Assembly (NCBI RefSeq): GCF_006345805.1
Contig: NC_043005.1
Coordinates: forward strand, 13,020,001-13,084,000
Source of the DNA: Octopus sinensis
Lineage: Eukaryota
Length of the DNA: 64,000 bases
Direction of reading: 5' to 3'
Shown: one piece after another, positions 38,374-52,905 of the stretch
Layout of the letters: each line of letters opens with the position of its first letter
Position numbering within the stretch: position 1 is the first letter of the stretch
The notes under the pieces: generated by a model
Database searches by the model: none
Told to the model about the DNA's origin: nothing
Seen by the model: only the letters and a program-made list of their open reading frames with translations
Position numbers and translations under genes: made by a program

Positions 38374-38400
38374 TTGATGACGGTTTGAGCCGAATCGGAC
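38374..38400 (+). ncRNA. Decayed hammerhead-like motif
   Basis: UUGAUGA-C-GGU-UUGA-GCC-GAAU-CGG; two core positions differ from CUGAUGA/GAAA. Confidence 0.25.
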
Positions 38401-38691
38401 TCGACATCATGACAGATCACACTAACCATGTGTTTTTGTCATATAAACTAATGAAATCTAGATAGTTACTGAGAAATAATACTGTACTGTTAATATATTC
38501 CCGGAAGGAGTAATTCCATAGCAAAAGTTAAGTACTCTTATTCGTTTTTAAACAAAAAGCTTGTACAATCGGCTCCTATCTAGTCAAGACCTTCCTAGAA
38601 CCGAGATCACAAACCTGGGGATAAACCACATATCCTTCCATCAAATCTCATAAAAGAAACATCCTGTTATTATATTATAGCTTTATATGAA

Positions 38692-39228
38692 ACTAGCTTA
38701 AAAGCCGTACTCCGTGAGGACTTCTCAGTTAGCTCCTGTGGAGGGCTAATTGGACCTGTGACCCAAAACTAAAGAGAGCTAAATAGCATGACTATAATAC
38801 GTCTATGATGACTATACGCCCCCGATGATGTTTCATCAGATGAAAATTAATTCTGTAATGCAATCGTTCTTTTGTTCCAGACCCAAGTTGAATTCCAACT
38901 GTTGGCGAATTTGTCCCAAAGTTTTTATCTCGATGCAAAAGTGACGAAGTGAATGTCATTAATTTTCCACTTGATCTCTAACTTAATCTGACAAACGCCA
39001 ACCGAGATAGCGTGAATCAGTCAAGGTTTACCTGCAATAAATAGCAACTCAAATGCTTTTACATCAGCTCCTAATGCTGTATATTAAAGAACCAAATGAA
39101 GGGCAGATTTTCAATCCCGGGATCATCCTCATTCCATAAAGTTATAATATGTCTATGTAAAGCCAATATAGATCGAGATACAGGGATCCAAGACAGACAA
39201 ACAGAATTTCGCTTTTATTAATATAGAT
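38692..39228 (+). mobile_element. Possible older Helitron-like element
   Basis: ACTAG start and 3' end AGACAGACAAACAGAATTTCGCTTTTATTAATATAGAT resemble the termini of Lep1-type elements. Confidence 0.3.
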
Positions 39229-39689
39229 ATTTGATAGAGGAATTCATAGGCGTTATACAAAGCATTCTTCTTTGATAAATAGGCATTACCCACACATCTA
39301 GAAATAACAAGATTTTTTTATCAATCAGACAGAACTGTATGTATCAAGTTAGTAGCTGATAATACAGGAGAATCATAAAACAAAAGGCAGCTTCAACACT
39401 TATAATGAATACAAAACAAAAACATTGGCACCACAGTTAAATATAGAAGATGGCATTAAACACTTCAGCAATTGCTATGTACATATCTCATCAAAGGGCC
39501 ACTACTTAAGCTTGCTTCAACCCCCATGCGTAGACTAATAATTCACAACAGCATCCCAGAAATGAAATGAGAATAGCTAGGACACATATTTTAGATTCTA
39601 AAATTAACCACGAGAATTTTATCAGGATGGTGCTATAGCAGGACCGTAATCTTGCGATTTATCAACAAAGATAGAAAAACATGACTGAG

Positions 39690-40560
39690 ATTCAGCCAAT
39701 TCAATATAATTGAATTTCATTCATCCATTTGTAAACCTCACCTGAAAGATTAAAAATTCGGAAAACATTCATCTCTATAACCGAAACAAATAGAGCTTAG
39801 CTCCGATTAATTAACTTTGGTTTACAAGGAACATTGGGCGGCACAGACATAAACATAACTATAAACTCACGTGAGTGGCTCTTATTTTACTGTGACCCTT
39901 TCTGGGTCAAGTAATATGTAAATGTGCTGTTCAACGAGCTGTCCCTGTGTGACTTCGACGTTGTAGGAATTTCCGAATTACTGACTGGTCATACTAAAAT
40001 AATAACGTACCTCGGCTAAGTCTTACAAGACGGATGGCCATGATATTCACAACTTTAAGAAAATACAAATCAGTATATTTATATACATCAATCTAAAACT
40101 TAGAATGAGAATTTTTTCTGTATTACACTATACTTGAACACAGGTGAATAGTACCTTTACTGAAAAGCCAAAAGAGAAGCAGTAGACATCAACAAAGGCA
40201 TCTCTATGCACCCCACACAACAAAATAAAAAGAAAAAACTTAACAGGAAATGCATATAGAAGAATATTGAATCTCTCATCTTAATAGGGAAAGATTTAAC
40301 AACATCACCGCTCTCATTATATCAACGTATTACCCAAGAGTGTATTTAGTGAAAGCTAAAGTTTATAAAACGCAAATAATCTACACAAACAATAAACTTA
40401 GGAAAGCGTAAATTACCTGGTACAATCCTCCATATATTGTGAATGTCGCCAGTTATCAAGTAAATTGCTCTTCACGAAAAATAAAAGCTTTTTCATAACA
40501 CAAGTAAGAAGCAGAAAATTATCAATTAAAATAGCATAAAGGTTAGCTTCTATTGCTTAA
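39690..40560 (+). mobile_element. Heavily decayed Penelope-like retroelement coding relic
   Basis: FSQFNIIEFHSSI near 39690 (RT motif F..FDI..FYPSI), ITWYNPPY near 40410 and NSIKVSFYC near 40530 (PLE post-RT motifs). Confidence 0.55.
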
Positions 40561-40578
40561 ATAAAATAGCTCTCCCAA

Positions 40579-40972
40579 ATCTTTATATATAAAACTGTAG
40601 TTGTGTGAGTGTCTGTCCCCTTCGATTTAGATTCCTAACTACTCCCACATTTTGCGGTGCAGTTTAACCAAAACCGGGTATCTTATAGTCGTGATTCATA
40701 TCGAGCCCTTCTAGGTATTAGCGCTTGTCTACGATGAGTCTACGATTTTAAAAATAATTTACCATCATTTTTTCCCATTTTCATGCATATTTTTTAAAGA
40801 GAAGTAACTCTCTAAAAATGTCTACAATGAGTCAACGATTTAAAAAAAAAATACCATCATATTTTTTCCATTTTTAATGCATTTTTTTGCTATTTTTTGG
40901 CTATAACTCTCTAAAAATGCTGTATAGTTATTTCCCTTACAAACCCGAGCAACGCCGGGCGATACTGCTAGT
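40579..40972 (-). mobile_element. Non-autonomous Helitron-like element sharing the 5' end of the 34763 element
   Basis: Minus strand begins ACTAGCAGTATCGCCCGGCGTTGCTCGGGTTTGT and ends CACAACTACAGTTTTATATATAAAGAT; interrupts a Penelope-like relic. Confidence 0.55.
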
Positions 40973-41850
40973 TTTTTATATAATTTAAAACAGAAATAAT
41001 TCACCATTCCAGCAGCCTGAATGCGACTTCAAAATACTCTAACCCACCTACTAAATGCAATGTGCTTATTCGAAATCGCTTTTATATAAAACACAGTAAC
41101 AGCAATAGACCTAACAGCGAACTCCTTAAAAATTCAGTATACATAACATATATATGCCTCCTAAACCAGCACAGAAACTATTCACAACCGTGGTCCCAAT
41201 ATTCCTATAGTGTCAATAGTAAATGAATAACAACATCCTGAGAAAAAGGAATATTGCCGTAAAAACAATGCCAACTTGCATGCAATTTACGCATTGCTGA
41301 AAAATGTCATATATCAATAGCAACAGATAGCATAATATACAGAAGTGTTAAGACAGTCTCTTCATAGACATTTTGAAAAGTACTCACTCTTATTGCATTT
41401 AAATTCAACATAATAATCTATATTCAAATCTAAAAATATAATATATAATTCTAACCTATGAATGATCAAGCACGCCCATAGAGTTAACCTCTAGAAACAT
41501 TGAGAATAAGAGTTTATCGCACAACAGTTGTACATTTATCTGTTCTGTGAAATGTACATTAATTCATAATAACACCAAACTATATAACCTGTTGTGACTA
41601 AGGAAAATAAGATATGGCCCATCGTAGAGAGACTTTCGGCACAGCCCGAGACCATTGCAGAGTCAAATATTTCTGTTATCGCCTGAAGGATCCCGTCGAA
41701 CTAGAAGCTCAAAGCAGTGATGATTCTAATCAGCAGATTCATATTCATAAATAAGTATACACCAGAAAATGTATCAAATCGTTTTTCTCTCATTTGTTCG
41801 AGAAACACGCATACACACACGCATTACACAGATATATGTATATATATATG

Positions 41851-41884
<34 letters not shown>

Positions 41885-42799
41885 AGAGAGAGAGTGAGAG
41901 AGAGAGAGAGAGAGATGTATGTATGTATATACGTGTATATATATGTATGTATATATGTATGTGTATATATATATATGCATATATGTATGTGTATATATAT
42001 TATGTATATATATATCATATTTTATATAAATATATATGTATATATATATATACATATATATTTATATATTACGTATATATATTATATATATCATATATCA
42101 TATTTTATATAAATATATTTGTATAAATATATATAAATATATATATATATACGTACATACATACACACACACACGCGCAAACACACACACACACATTTAT
42201 ATATGCACATACACATTTATAGATATAGCTTATAGATATGTGTGGGTGTATATGTGTATGTGTGTGTGCGTGTGTGTATGTGATTTATACTTAAATTACG
42301 AACCTAAGAGATACACTTGGGATCTAAAATGCTATTAAAATTTATGATAGCTTTGTTTTGACACTGTTGAGACAAACAAAATCACGATTGTTATCTTTTT
42401 GCTTGTGATGATTCGCTAACAACACGCCACTGATATCTATCGACGCATTTTATATTTAGATCATGGTGTAAGGTTATTTTCAGTTGTTGAGTTAGATATT
42501 GTACGTGAGCGAGTGTTTTTATTATAAACGTGTGTAAATACGACTGGGTGTGTATATGAATTTATAATAGGTGTACGTGCGTCCTTTTATCGTCTATTTG
42601 TTGTTGACTTTTTCTCGTGTTTGAGAAAAAAACCAAAAAAAAAAAGAAGAGACAAATAATCTATCGTTATAATTTTTCAGCTCAATATTTGAGGCAAAAA
42701 ATAGGTTTTTATAGATTATACACACAAAATAGTTGTATAAAGAGTTGTCAAAAAAAAAAAAGATAATGGTTATTTCATTCATATTCTTTTGGTGATTAT

Positions 42800-43270
42800 G
42801 TGTGGGTGTGTGTGTGTATGTATGTATACATGCATGTATGTATGTATGTATGTATGTATGTATGTATGTATGTATGGATGGATGGATGTGTGTATGTATG
42901 ATGTATGTATGTATGTATGTTGTATGTATGTATGTGTGTATGTATGTATGTATGTATGCATGTATGTATGTATGTATGTATGTATACATGTATGTATGTA
43001 TACATGTATGTATGTATGCATGTATGTATGCATGTGTGTATGTATGTATGTATGCATGTGTGTATGTATGTATGTATGTATGTATGTATGTATGTATGTG
43101 TGTATGTATGTATATATGTATGTATGTATGCATGTATGTATGTATGTATGTATGTATGTATGTATGTATGTATGTATGTGTGTATGTATGTATGTATGTA
43201 TGGATGGATGTATGTATGTATGTATGTGTGTATGTGTGTATGTGTGTATGTATGTGTGCATGTATGTGTG

Positions 43271-43304
<34 letters not shown>

Positions 43305-43480
43305 TGTATGTATGTATGTATGTATGCATGTATGTATGTGTGCATATGTGTATGTATGTGTGCGTATGTGTGTATGTATGTGTGTATGTAGGTATGTATA
43401 TATGTATGTGTGTTTGTGTGTATGTATGTATGTATGTATGTATGTATGTATGCATGTGTGTTTGTGTGTATGTATGTACG
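42800..43480. repeat. (TATG)n array
   Basis: Direct reading. Confidence 0.95.
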
Positions 43481-43716
43481 TACGTAAAAATATATATCTT
43501 TATGTATAGTTATCTCTCCCTCTCTCTCTCTCTCTATATATATATATATGTATGAATGTATATGTATATATATATACACTCACACACACACACAAACACA
43601 CACACACACACACATATATAATATATATATATATATTATATAATATATAATATATCTATAGAGAGAGAGAGAGAGAGGGAGAGATAACTATACATAAAGA
43701 TATATATTTTTACGTA
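43481..43716. repeat. Local inverted duplication
   Basis: TACGTAAAAATATATATCTTTATGTATAGTTATCTCTCCC(TC)n at 43481-43538 and its reverse complement at 43657-43716. Confidence 0.8.
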
Positions 43717-43775
43717 TGTATACATCCATTTATAAATGTAATTTTATGTAAGCATATATCAGTGCGTGTATTTGT

Positions 43776-43825
<50 letters not shown>

Positions 43826-44909
43826 CTTTTATCTTTTAACCTGAATTTATTTCAGCCATTACACCGTGACCATGCCGGAACACAGCCTTGACGTACTTTT
43901 AATCAAGTGAATCGAACCCGGTAGTTATTTTTTAAAAACCTGGTGCTTATTATATCGGTTACTTTTGTCGAACCGCTTGGGATCGTGGAAGGAAAACACA
44001 CCAACGCCCATTGTCGAGCGGTGGTGGAGAAACCACACAGACACTAAGACACCCACAGACATAAGCATATACACATGTTTACTAAGGGGTTCATTCTGTT
44101 TCAGCCAATCAAATCCACTTATAAAGTTTTGGTCGAAGACCTAGAAGACACTCACCATGCAGTGGGACTGAACCCAGGTCCATGTGGTTAGACAGACAGA
44201 CCGATAAACACATACACAAACATAGTTATAGATACACAAACACAAAGACCCACACACACATATACGACGGTCTTCTTTCAGTTCCCGTCTACCAAATCCA
44301 CTCACAAGGCTTTGGTCAGCTCGTGGTTATAGTAAAAGACACTTGCCCAAGGTGCCATGCAGTGGAACTGAACCCGGGACCATGAGGTTCGGAACCAACG
44401 TTGTTATCAAACAGCCACGACAGCGCCTTTAAAACGATAGGAAACGCTTCACGAATTTACATGTCACTCTTGAGCAAGGTCCATGCTAATATTCTAGATC
44501 GTACATACATACATATATACATATATATGAATGAATGAATGTTGGTCAAGATCGTTGCTAGTAATACTTTTAACTTACAGATCTTCCTTTAGCTAATGTT
44601 TGGGTCTCGTTGGTTTAAAAACATGTCTTTCAACGAGAGACGATATTGCATAGCAGTGAGAGGCACCAAAAATCACAACCGACTAATTTAGTCCACATAG
44701 TAAATACAATCAGCTGAATCTGGGACTCTCGACAGGAAGAGGTCCAGCTTTGATTTAAAAACCCCTACATTTACTTTGTGCATGTTCCTCAGACTGCGGG
44801 CCCTTGAAACCCAAGCTGTATATGTATATGAAATTTTGAACTTAGTTCACGGACCCTCAGTACTACCTTTGCGGACCCCAGGTTGGGAACTACTGGTATA
44901 GCCCCTTCA

Positions 44910-45620
44910 ACCAGTTATGACGATTTGTATGCCATAAGCTGTTAGCTATGGTCCTTTGCATACTCCTGCCATTCAGCTACGAGCTCTTCGGTGTCCCAAC
45001 CAGTCAGCCAGCAGTCTTTGCATACCACTAACCGTCAGATATGACTCTTTGTATAACCAATCAGTCAGCTACGAGCCCTTATTTGTTCCAGACAATCAGC
45101 TACGGCTCTTTGAATGCTACAGTTAGCCAGTTGTGGAGGCACGTGGCCTAGTGGTTAGATCAGCGGACTCGCAGTCGAGAGATCGCGGGTTCGAATATCA
45201 GACCGGGCGATGTGTGTGTTTATGAGCGAAGTACCTAAGCTCCACGCGGCTTCTGACAGAAGGTAATGGCGAACTTCTGCTGACTCATTCGCCACAACTT
45301 TCTCTCACTCTTTCCTCCTGCATCTTGCAGCTAGCTCACCTCCGACGGACTGGCGTTCCGTCCAGATGGGGGGACCTATACGCCAACGAAGCTGGGAAAC
45401 CGGCCCTTATAAGCCAGGCATGGCTTGAGAAGGAACAAACAACAACACAGTTAGCCAGTTACAGACCCGTTTTGTGCTCCGAACAGTTAGAGCAGAAGCC
45501 TTTTGTATATCCCAGCTAATCAGCTGCCAACCTTTGTACATATTACTTAACCATTCAGCTACGAGTCCTCGTATATCCTAATCGACCAACTGTGATCATA
45601 CAGCTACGACTCATTGCCTG
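44910..45620. repeat. Ancient minisatellite, period about 31 bp, interrupted by SINE D
   Basis: Units such as CAGCTACGAGCTCTTCGGTGTCCCAACCAGT and CAGATATGACTCTTTGTATAACCAATCAGT. Confidence 0.65.
45133..45446 (+). mobile_element. tRNA-derived SINE family D, full length
   Basis: TGGCCTAGTGGTTAG A-box, GGTTCGAAT B-box, (AAC)n tail; TSD ACAGTTAGCCAGTT at 45119-45132 and 45447-45460. Confidence 0.85.
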
Positions 45621-45767
45621 TCTCGGCTAGGAAACCACAGTCAATTATACGTCACAACCAGACAGTAACGACTCGCAAGACAAAAGCGAAGATTTACGCA
45701 AAAATATAGATATAGAAATAATTATTGATTCCCCAGAAATGGTGCATGTGTACGTGTATATGTGTAT

Positions 45768-45808
<41 letters not shown>

Positions 45809-46043
45809 CGTGTATGTTTGTATGTTTATATATGTGCGTGTATGTCCGTGCGTGTGCGTGCGTGACATTTCATTATTTGGCAATTTCTCAACTGGCGAGA
45901 TTTACTTTTCTTGGCTTCATCTCACCCTATTTGCCACAACTCATTCACTTCACTTCTCTGTTCGGCTATAACTGGTTCATGTCACGTATACACCTGACAC
46001 GACTGGTTCACGTCACTTGCATACGTACATACATACATACTCC

Positions 46044-46076
<33 letters not shown>

Positions 46077-46214
46077 CTGAGTGTGTGTGTGTTCATATCG
46101 GTTCGCTTCACTTATATATTCGTAATAAATGCTTTATATCACTTATATAAATTGTACCATAACTGATAATGGCTAACACTCATTCCATATAATATATATA
46201 TATATATTATCTAT

Positions 46215-46251
<37 letters not shown>

Positions 46252-46909
46252 GATGTAAAAATAAAATATATATATGCATTCATACTTGCATACATACATA
46301 CATTCATACATACATACCACACCACATGCATACATACATACATAATGCATGCATACGTAATACATACATACACCAATACATAATACATACATACATAAAT
46401 AATACACACATACATACCTACATACATACAAAAATACATACATACATACATACATACATACATACATACATACATACATACAAAAATACATACATACATA
46501 CATACATACATACATACATACATACATACATACATACATACATACATACATACATACATACATGCATACATACTTTTGTATGTACCTATTTTAAAAAGTT
46601 TCCAGAAAGAATTCTTAGAGGCTTCAAATTTTAGCACAAAGCCAGCAATTCATTAAGAAAGAATTCTTAATACAAAGAAAAATTTTCCTAAATAATATAA
46701 ATTATTAATTATCTAAAACAAATTTCTGTTTAAAAACAGCGCAACATAAATCTTTTGGAGTGAAGTTTTCGTATTATATTAACAACGCTTTTACTGTTTA
46801 CAGCTTTCCAAACACACGTATTATGGGATAAACTGTACAGCGAAAGCAGTTTTAGTAGCGGTATTGACTATTTCTAGTTTCCTTTCGGATTTAGAATTCT
46901 TGCATTTCA

Positions 46910-47009
46910 NNNNNNNNNNNNNNNNNNNNNNNNNNNNNNNNNNNNNNNNNNNNNNNNNNNNNNNNNNNNNNNNNNNNNNNNNNNNNNNNNNNNNNNNNNN
47001 NNNNNNNNN
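46910..47009. other. Assembly gap (100 N)
   Basis: Run of N. Confidence 1.
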
Positions 47010-47199
47010 GATATAGATAGATAGATAGATAGATAGATGCACATAAAGATAGATATGTTTTTTATTAGCAACCAGGGCTGCACACAGACTGGACAGATTA
47101 CAAAGTCGAGCTTTTCTTTTTGGGGAGAAAAAAAAAGTGGGGTAGATTTTCGATCAAAAGGGATCGTAAAAGGGAAGAAAAAAAGAAAAAGAAAAAAAG

Positions 47200-47256
47200 A
47201 AAAAAGGAAGAAAAAGATAGATAGATAGATGATGGTGGAGGATGGATGGATGGATG

Positions 47257-47321
<65 letters not shown>

Positions 47322-49411
47322 GTAGATAGATAGGATGGATGCGATGGATGGATGGTGGATGGATGGATGGAATGAGAGAAGGTATTTTGGTAGGTAGATA
47401 AATCGATGATATGTCTAAGGTAAAACGAAAGATAGATCGACGGATGGATGGATGTGAGACGGAAAAAGGAAACGCTGAGAAAAGAGGAAACGAAGGTTGG
47501 AAGAAGATGGAAAGGAAAAGAGGAGAATATGACGGAGTGAAAGTGAGGAAAGAAAGATGGGAGAGAGAGAAGAGACGGTGGATTGTTGGAGGGGACAGAA
47601 GGGAGAGAGAGAAGAAAGGAGTCAAAGACGGAGGAGTAGAGGGAGAGAGAGTGGGAGGGAGAGAAAGGTGAAAGAGACAGGGAAAGAAAGACAGACAGAG
47701 ACAGAGAAAGAGAGAGGAGAAAGGGAAAGGGGCAAGAGAGACAGACAGAAACAGAGAAAGAGAGAGAGAGAAGAGAGAGAGAGAAAAGAGAGAGAGGGGG
47801 GAGAAAGCGAGAGAGACATTGTCGGTGTGTGAGAGAGACAGAGACACAGAGCGAGACTGAAAGGGAGAGAAAGAGAGAGAGACAGGGGGGGGCACTGTCG
47901 GTGTGTGAGAGATGAGGGAAAGAAGAAAGAGAAAGACAGACAGGAAAGGAGAGAGAGAAAGAGAAAGAGAGAGGAGAAAGGGAGAGGGGCAAGAGAGACA
48001 GACAGAAACAGAGAAAGAGAGAGAGAGAGAAAAGAGAGGGGAGAAAGAGACGAAGAGAGAGAGAGAGAAAGAAAGCGTGAGAGACATTGTCGGTGTGTGA
48101 GAGAAGAGGGACAGGAGAGAGAGAGACAGAGACACAGAGCGAGACTGAAGGGGAGAGAAAGAGATAGAGAGAGAGAGGGGGCATTGTCGGTGTGTGAGAG
48201 ATGAGGGATAGAAGAAAGAAAAAGACAGACAGGAAAGGAGAGAGAGAGAGAGAGAAAAAGAGAGAGAGAAAGAGAAAAGAGAGAGAGAGAGAGGGAGATT
48301 GTATGTGTGGGGGGTGTATGTCTGTGTGTATGTGTGTGTATGTATGCAAAAATGTAGAGAAGAGTGTGAAAGAAGGATTGCTATAGAGCAGATAGACAGA
48401 GGAAAAAGAGAGTAAGATGGAGAGAGTGAGCGAAGAAAAGAGAGCTCTTACCATTGAAGAAGAATAGAAGGGGGAGAGAATTAATAGATACATCAAGGTG
48501 GGAGGGGGGAAGAGGAGAAGAGACAGAGAAGAAGAAAGAAAAGGACGAAACGACGAAAGGAAAGTGAGAGAAAGGGAAAGAGATTTGAATAGTAGAAATG
48601 TCCGTAGAAGTACCAGGGACTATGGATATATGTATATGTATATGTATGTGTGTGCTGTATGTATGTATGTATGCATGTATGCATGTATGTTTAGGTATGT
48701 ATGTATGTATGCATGTATGCATGTATGTATGTATGTATGTATGTATGTATGTATGCATGTAGGATGATGTATGCATGTATGCATGTATGTATGTATGTAT
48801 GTATGTATGATGTATTATGTATGTGCATGTATGTATGTATGTATTGTATGTATGTATGCATGTATGTATGTATGTATGCATGTATGCATGTATGTATGTA
48901 TGTATGTATGTATGTATGCATGTATGCATGTATGCATGTATGTATGGTATGCATGTATGTATGTATGTATATATGATGCAATGTATGTATGTATGTATGT
49001 ATATATGATGTATGTATGTATTTATGGTATTTATATGTATGTATGTATTATGTATGTATGTATGTGTGTGTGATGTATGTATGTATGTATTATGTATGTA
49101 TGTATGTATGTATTGCATGCATGCATGCATGTGTGTATGTATGTATGTATGTATTGTATGTATGCATGTATGTATGTATGCATGTATGCATGTATGTATG
49201 TATGGTATATGATGCATGTATGTATGTATGTATGTATATATGGCATGTATGTATGTATGTATGTATGCATGCATGCATGCATGTGTGTATGTATGTATGT
49301 ATTATTATGATGCATGTATGATGTATGTATGTATGCATGCTTAGATACATTCATATTTACATATACATACATTGTAATACATACATACATACACACATCT
49401 CTCTCTCTCTC

Positions 49412-49448
<37 letters not shown>

Positions 49449-49475
49449 ATAAACACATACATACATATATCCATG

Positions 49476-49507
<32 letters not shown>

Positions 49508-49520
49508 ACACACACACATA

Positions 49521-49558
<38 letters not shown>

Positions 49559-50220
49559 AACGTACACGCACATACATATATTTGTGTGTGTGTCTACGTG
49601 TGTGTGTGTGTACATACACATTCCAGAAACACGGAGATAGGGAGATAGAGTTGAAAGAGTTAAGAAAGAAAGACAAGCGAGAAGGAAAGAATCTAAAGTA
49701 GCAAGAGAGAGAGAGAGAGAGAAGGAAGAAAGAGAGAGAAAAGGAGAGGAAGACAGAGAGAGAAGGAAGAAAGACAGTCAAGGAAGAGAAAGATGGAGAG
49801 GAAGAGAGAGAAGAACGAGAGAGGGGGGAGAGGAAGCGAGAGAGAAGGAAGAAAGAGAGAGAGAGGGAGAGGAAAAGAGAGAAGGGAGAAAGAGGGAGAG
49901 AGAGAAGAAAGAGAGACAGAGCGAGAGGGGAGAGGAAGAGAGAGAAGGAGGTCCGAGAAGGAAGAGAGAGAGAGAGGGAGAGGGGGAGGAAGAGCGAGAA
50001 GGGAGAAAGAGGGAGAGAGAGAAAGAGCGACAGCGAGAGAGGGAGGGGAGAGGAAGAAAGAGAGGGAGTGGAAGAGCGAGAGAGAGAATGAAGAGCGAGT
50101 GAGAGAGAGGGAAAGGATGAACGTGGGAGAGAGAGAGAGAGAAGGAAGAAAGAGAGAGAGAGAGGGTGCCAGGTATAAGACGGAACGAGTAGTGAAAGAA
50201 AGAAAGAAGATACAAAATTA
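47200..50220. repeat. Low-complexity field: (GATA)n, GA-rich tract with internal duplication, (TATG)n, GA-rich tract
   Basis: CATTGTCGGTGTGTGAGAGA-like anchor recurs near 47817, 47895, 48085 and 48183. Confidence 0.85.
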
Positions 50221-50568
50221 ACCATGTAACCGTTATTCTTTATTCCACCCAGATTTGCTAGATTTCTCTCATTACATATACTGTAATATTAAAAAAAAAA
50301 AAAAAAAAGGTAGGCTTACTGCCTGCCTTGTGTTAAAATGAACAACATGGATAATACATCGAGCAGAAACATTGCGAATAATGATAATTTTCCCCACTTG
50401 GAAACAAATTTCTTTTCTTCAGGAATCCTACCTAAATTTTCCTCCTATATTTCTGAAGTGGGACTTTCAGACGTTGTAGACAAATATAGCAACTACACAC
50501 GTCGGAAAAACAGACGGGCGCGTGCGCGTGTGCTTGTGCGTAGGTATTCGAATACATACAAGGAAAAT

Positions 50569-50599
<31 letters not shown>

Positions 50600-51257
50600 T
50601 ATGCATATAGCTACATTAGCATACATACGTACGTACACGCATACATACGTACGTACACGCATACATACTATAAATACATGTAGACGCATACGCATACGCA
50701 CATGTATGTATACATGCATGTTAACAGACATGCATGGAGGAATGGTGTACACATAAGCATACATATCGATACATTCACACAGATACATACACAACACAGA
50801 GACACACATATATGTATTCGTGTATGTATGTATACGTAATGAATAAAACACACACACACACAATATACACACCTACACGCAGACAAACACGCACAGACGT
50901 ACACACACGCACGCACGCAAACATATATATCTACGTTTGAAAAGAGTGAGTAAAACGTCATAGACACTGTGAAATACGTTTTTCACACATTTTGTACACG
51001 TAGTCAAGTCGGACAAAATGCATGTAAAAGATAACAGTTTAATCGTTTAATTACATGGTCAGACACCGAGGAAGCACGTACACGCGCACACACGCACGCA
51101 CACACGCACACACACACGCACGCACACACACACACGCGCGCGTATTCTCTCGATGGTAAAGATGGTGTGTACAACAGAGACGATAACTGGCATTGTGTTT
51201 TCAGTTCAACGCAATAATAGACATTCATAATAAGGTTATTATAATAATAACAGGAGA

Positions 51258-51679
51258 GGATCTTTTTGGTTTGAATGGCAGTTTTTTCTAGCGGTGTCAT
51301 ATGAAATTGTCACCCATAATTATGACCATAGTATCGATCTATTGCATTTCAATCTATTTTAGGGTTAGGGTTAGGGGTGGGGGGCAAGGGTATCTTTTTT
51401 TCTTCACAAATGTAAATAAACCCAATCTGTTTCTTAAACGAGGGACATAGTCTTACGGCACAGAATGCTTTTTAGCTCAATAGACGTCAGTGATTGGTTG
51501 AAATCGCAGAAATTGAAGAAAAATAAAACAACAAATATCTTACAAACCATAGAATTTTCTCAATAAAGCCAAGAGAAAAAGATGTTTTATAAACACATTC
51601 TACCAGTATACGAAGTTTAAAATTTTTTTAGTTCCCTAGAAATTATGTTAAAAAACTGCCGTTCAAACCGAAAAGATCC
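51258..51679 (-). mobile_element. Merlin-like MITE, copy 5
   Basis: Reverse orientation; TSD ACAGGAGA (51250-51257, 51680-51687). Confidence 0.85.
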
Positions 51680-52759
51680 ACAGGAGATTCCGAGGAGATA
51701 CACTGGAGTCCGTACTCCGGTGGCGGCAAAAACATGATACAGTTAAATCAAATCTTTGTATGAATTTTGAGTCGAGTAGACGATATGATGTATAACGTTC
51801 TTTTACAAAAAAACATTATTTCTTGTTCAGCACCAGTTGACAGTTTCGTCTCTCATTCTCCAAACTAGACGGTCGTCTGCTCGAGATATTTAAGACATTT
51901 CGCTTTCTTCCTCGAAGAATATTATTTATTTATTTATTATTTTTTTTATTTATTCAAGTGTTTCAATCCTAAAATTATGGTTAAGGTTTCGTAGCTGACC
52001 AAGAAACGGTGGGGAAACTCTGATACATGGGTAATTGTTTTTAGTAGTGTTTCAGGTGTGTGTATGTGTGTGTGTGTGTGTGTGTGTACGCGCGCGTGAT
52101 GTGTGTTCGCTCGCACATGTATGCGCGCGTAGGTAATTAAAATTAATTAGAAAACAGAAAACAGGAAGAAAAAAAATCAAAGGGACGTACACAGCGAATT
52201 TAATAGGGTCGCTTTGTTCGACTAAAAGGCGGTGCTCCAGTATGGCCGCAGTCAAATGACTGAAACAAGTAAAAGAGTAAAAGAATAACATAGCGGTTCG
52301 GCAAAATTAACCGATAGAATAAGTGCCAGGCTTACAAAGAATAAGTCCTGGGGGTCGCTTTGTTCGACTAAAAGGCGGTGCTCCAGCATGGCCGCAGTCA
52401 AATGATTGAAACAAGTAAAAGAATAAACGAGTAAACGAATGTGTGCAGTTCTATCAACTAAAACAATCAGGCGTGTAAGTAGCTGAGTATACCTCAAACA
52501 ACTATGCATCTCGACGCGGCGCAGTGCGACAAGGTTACACTTTTGAATTGTAGAGAATTGCAGTCATGCTACATCCTCAAAGGAGCTTCGACACAGTTTC
52601 CGTCTACCCATTGCCATTCGTAAGGTACAGGTTAAATTGAGAGCTGTAGAAAATGAGATTTATCGAAGATGGATGTCACACGCAGCGGAATCGAAACTGG
52701 GGTCTTGTACTTGCGAAGCGAACTTCTTAAGCATCGGGTCATATGTCTGTATATATAAT

Positions 52760-52790
<31 letters not shown>

Positions 52791-52797
52791 GTATATG

Positions 52798-52874
52798 CAT
52801 ACAGCTTGAATACAACCTATCTATCTATCTATCATCTATCTATCTATCTATTAGATCTATCTATCTATCTATCT

Positions 52875-52905
<31 letters not shown>

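Noticed and set aside
46907-48496. 529-aa S/L/F-rich ORF
   Set aside because: Derived from (CT)n-rich sequence and runs into the N gap.
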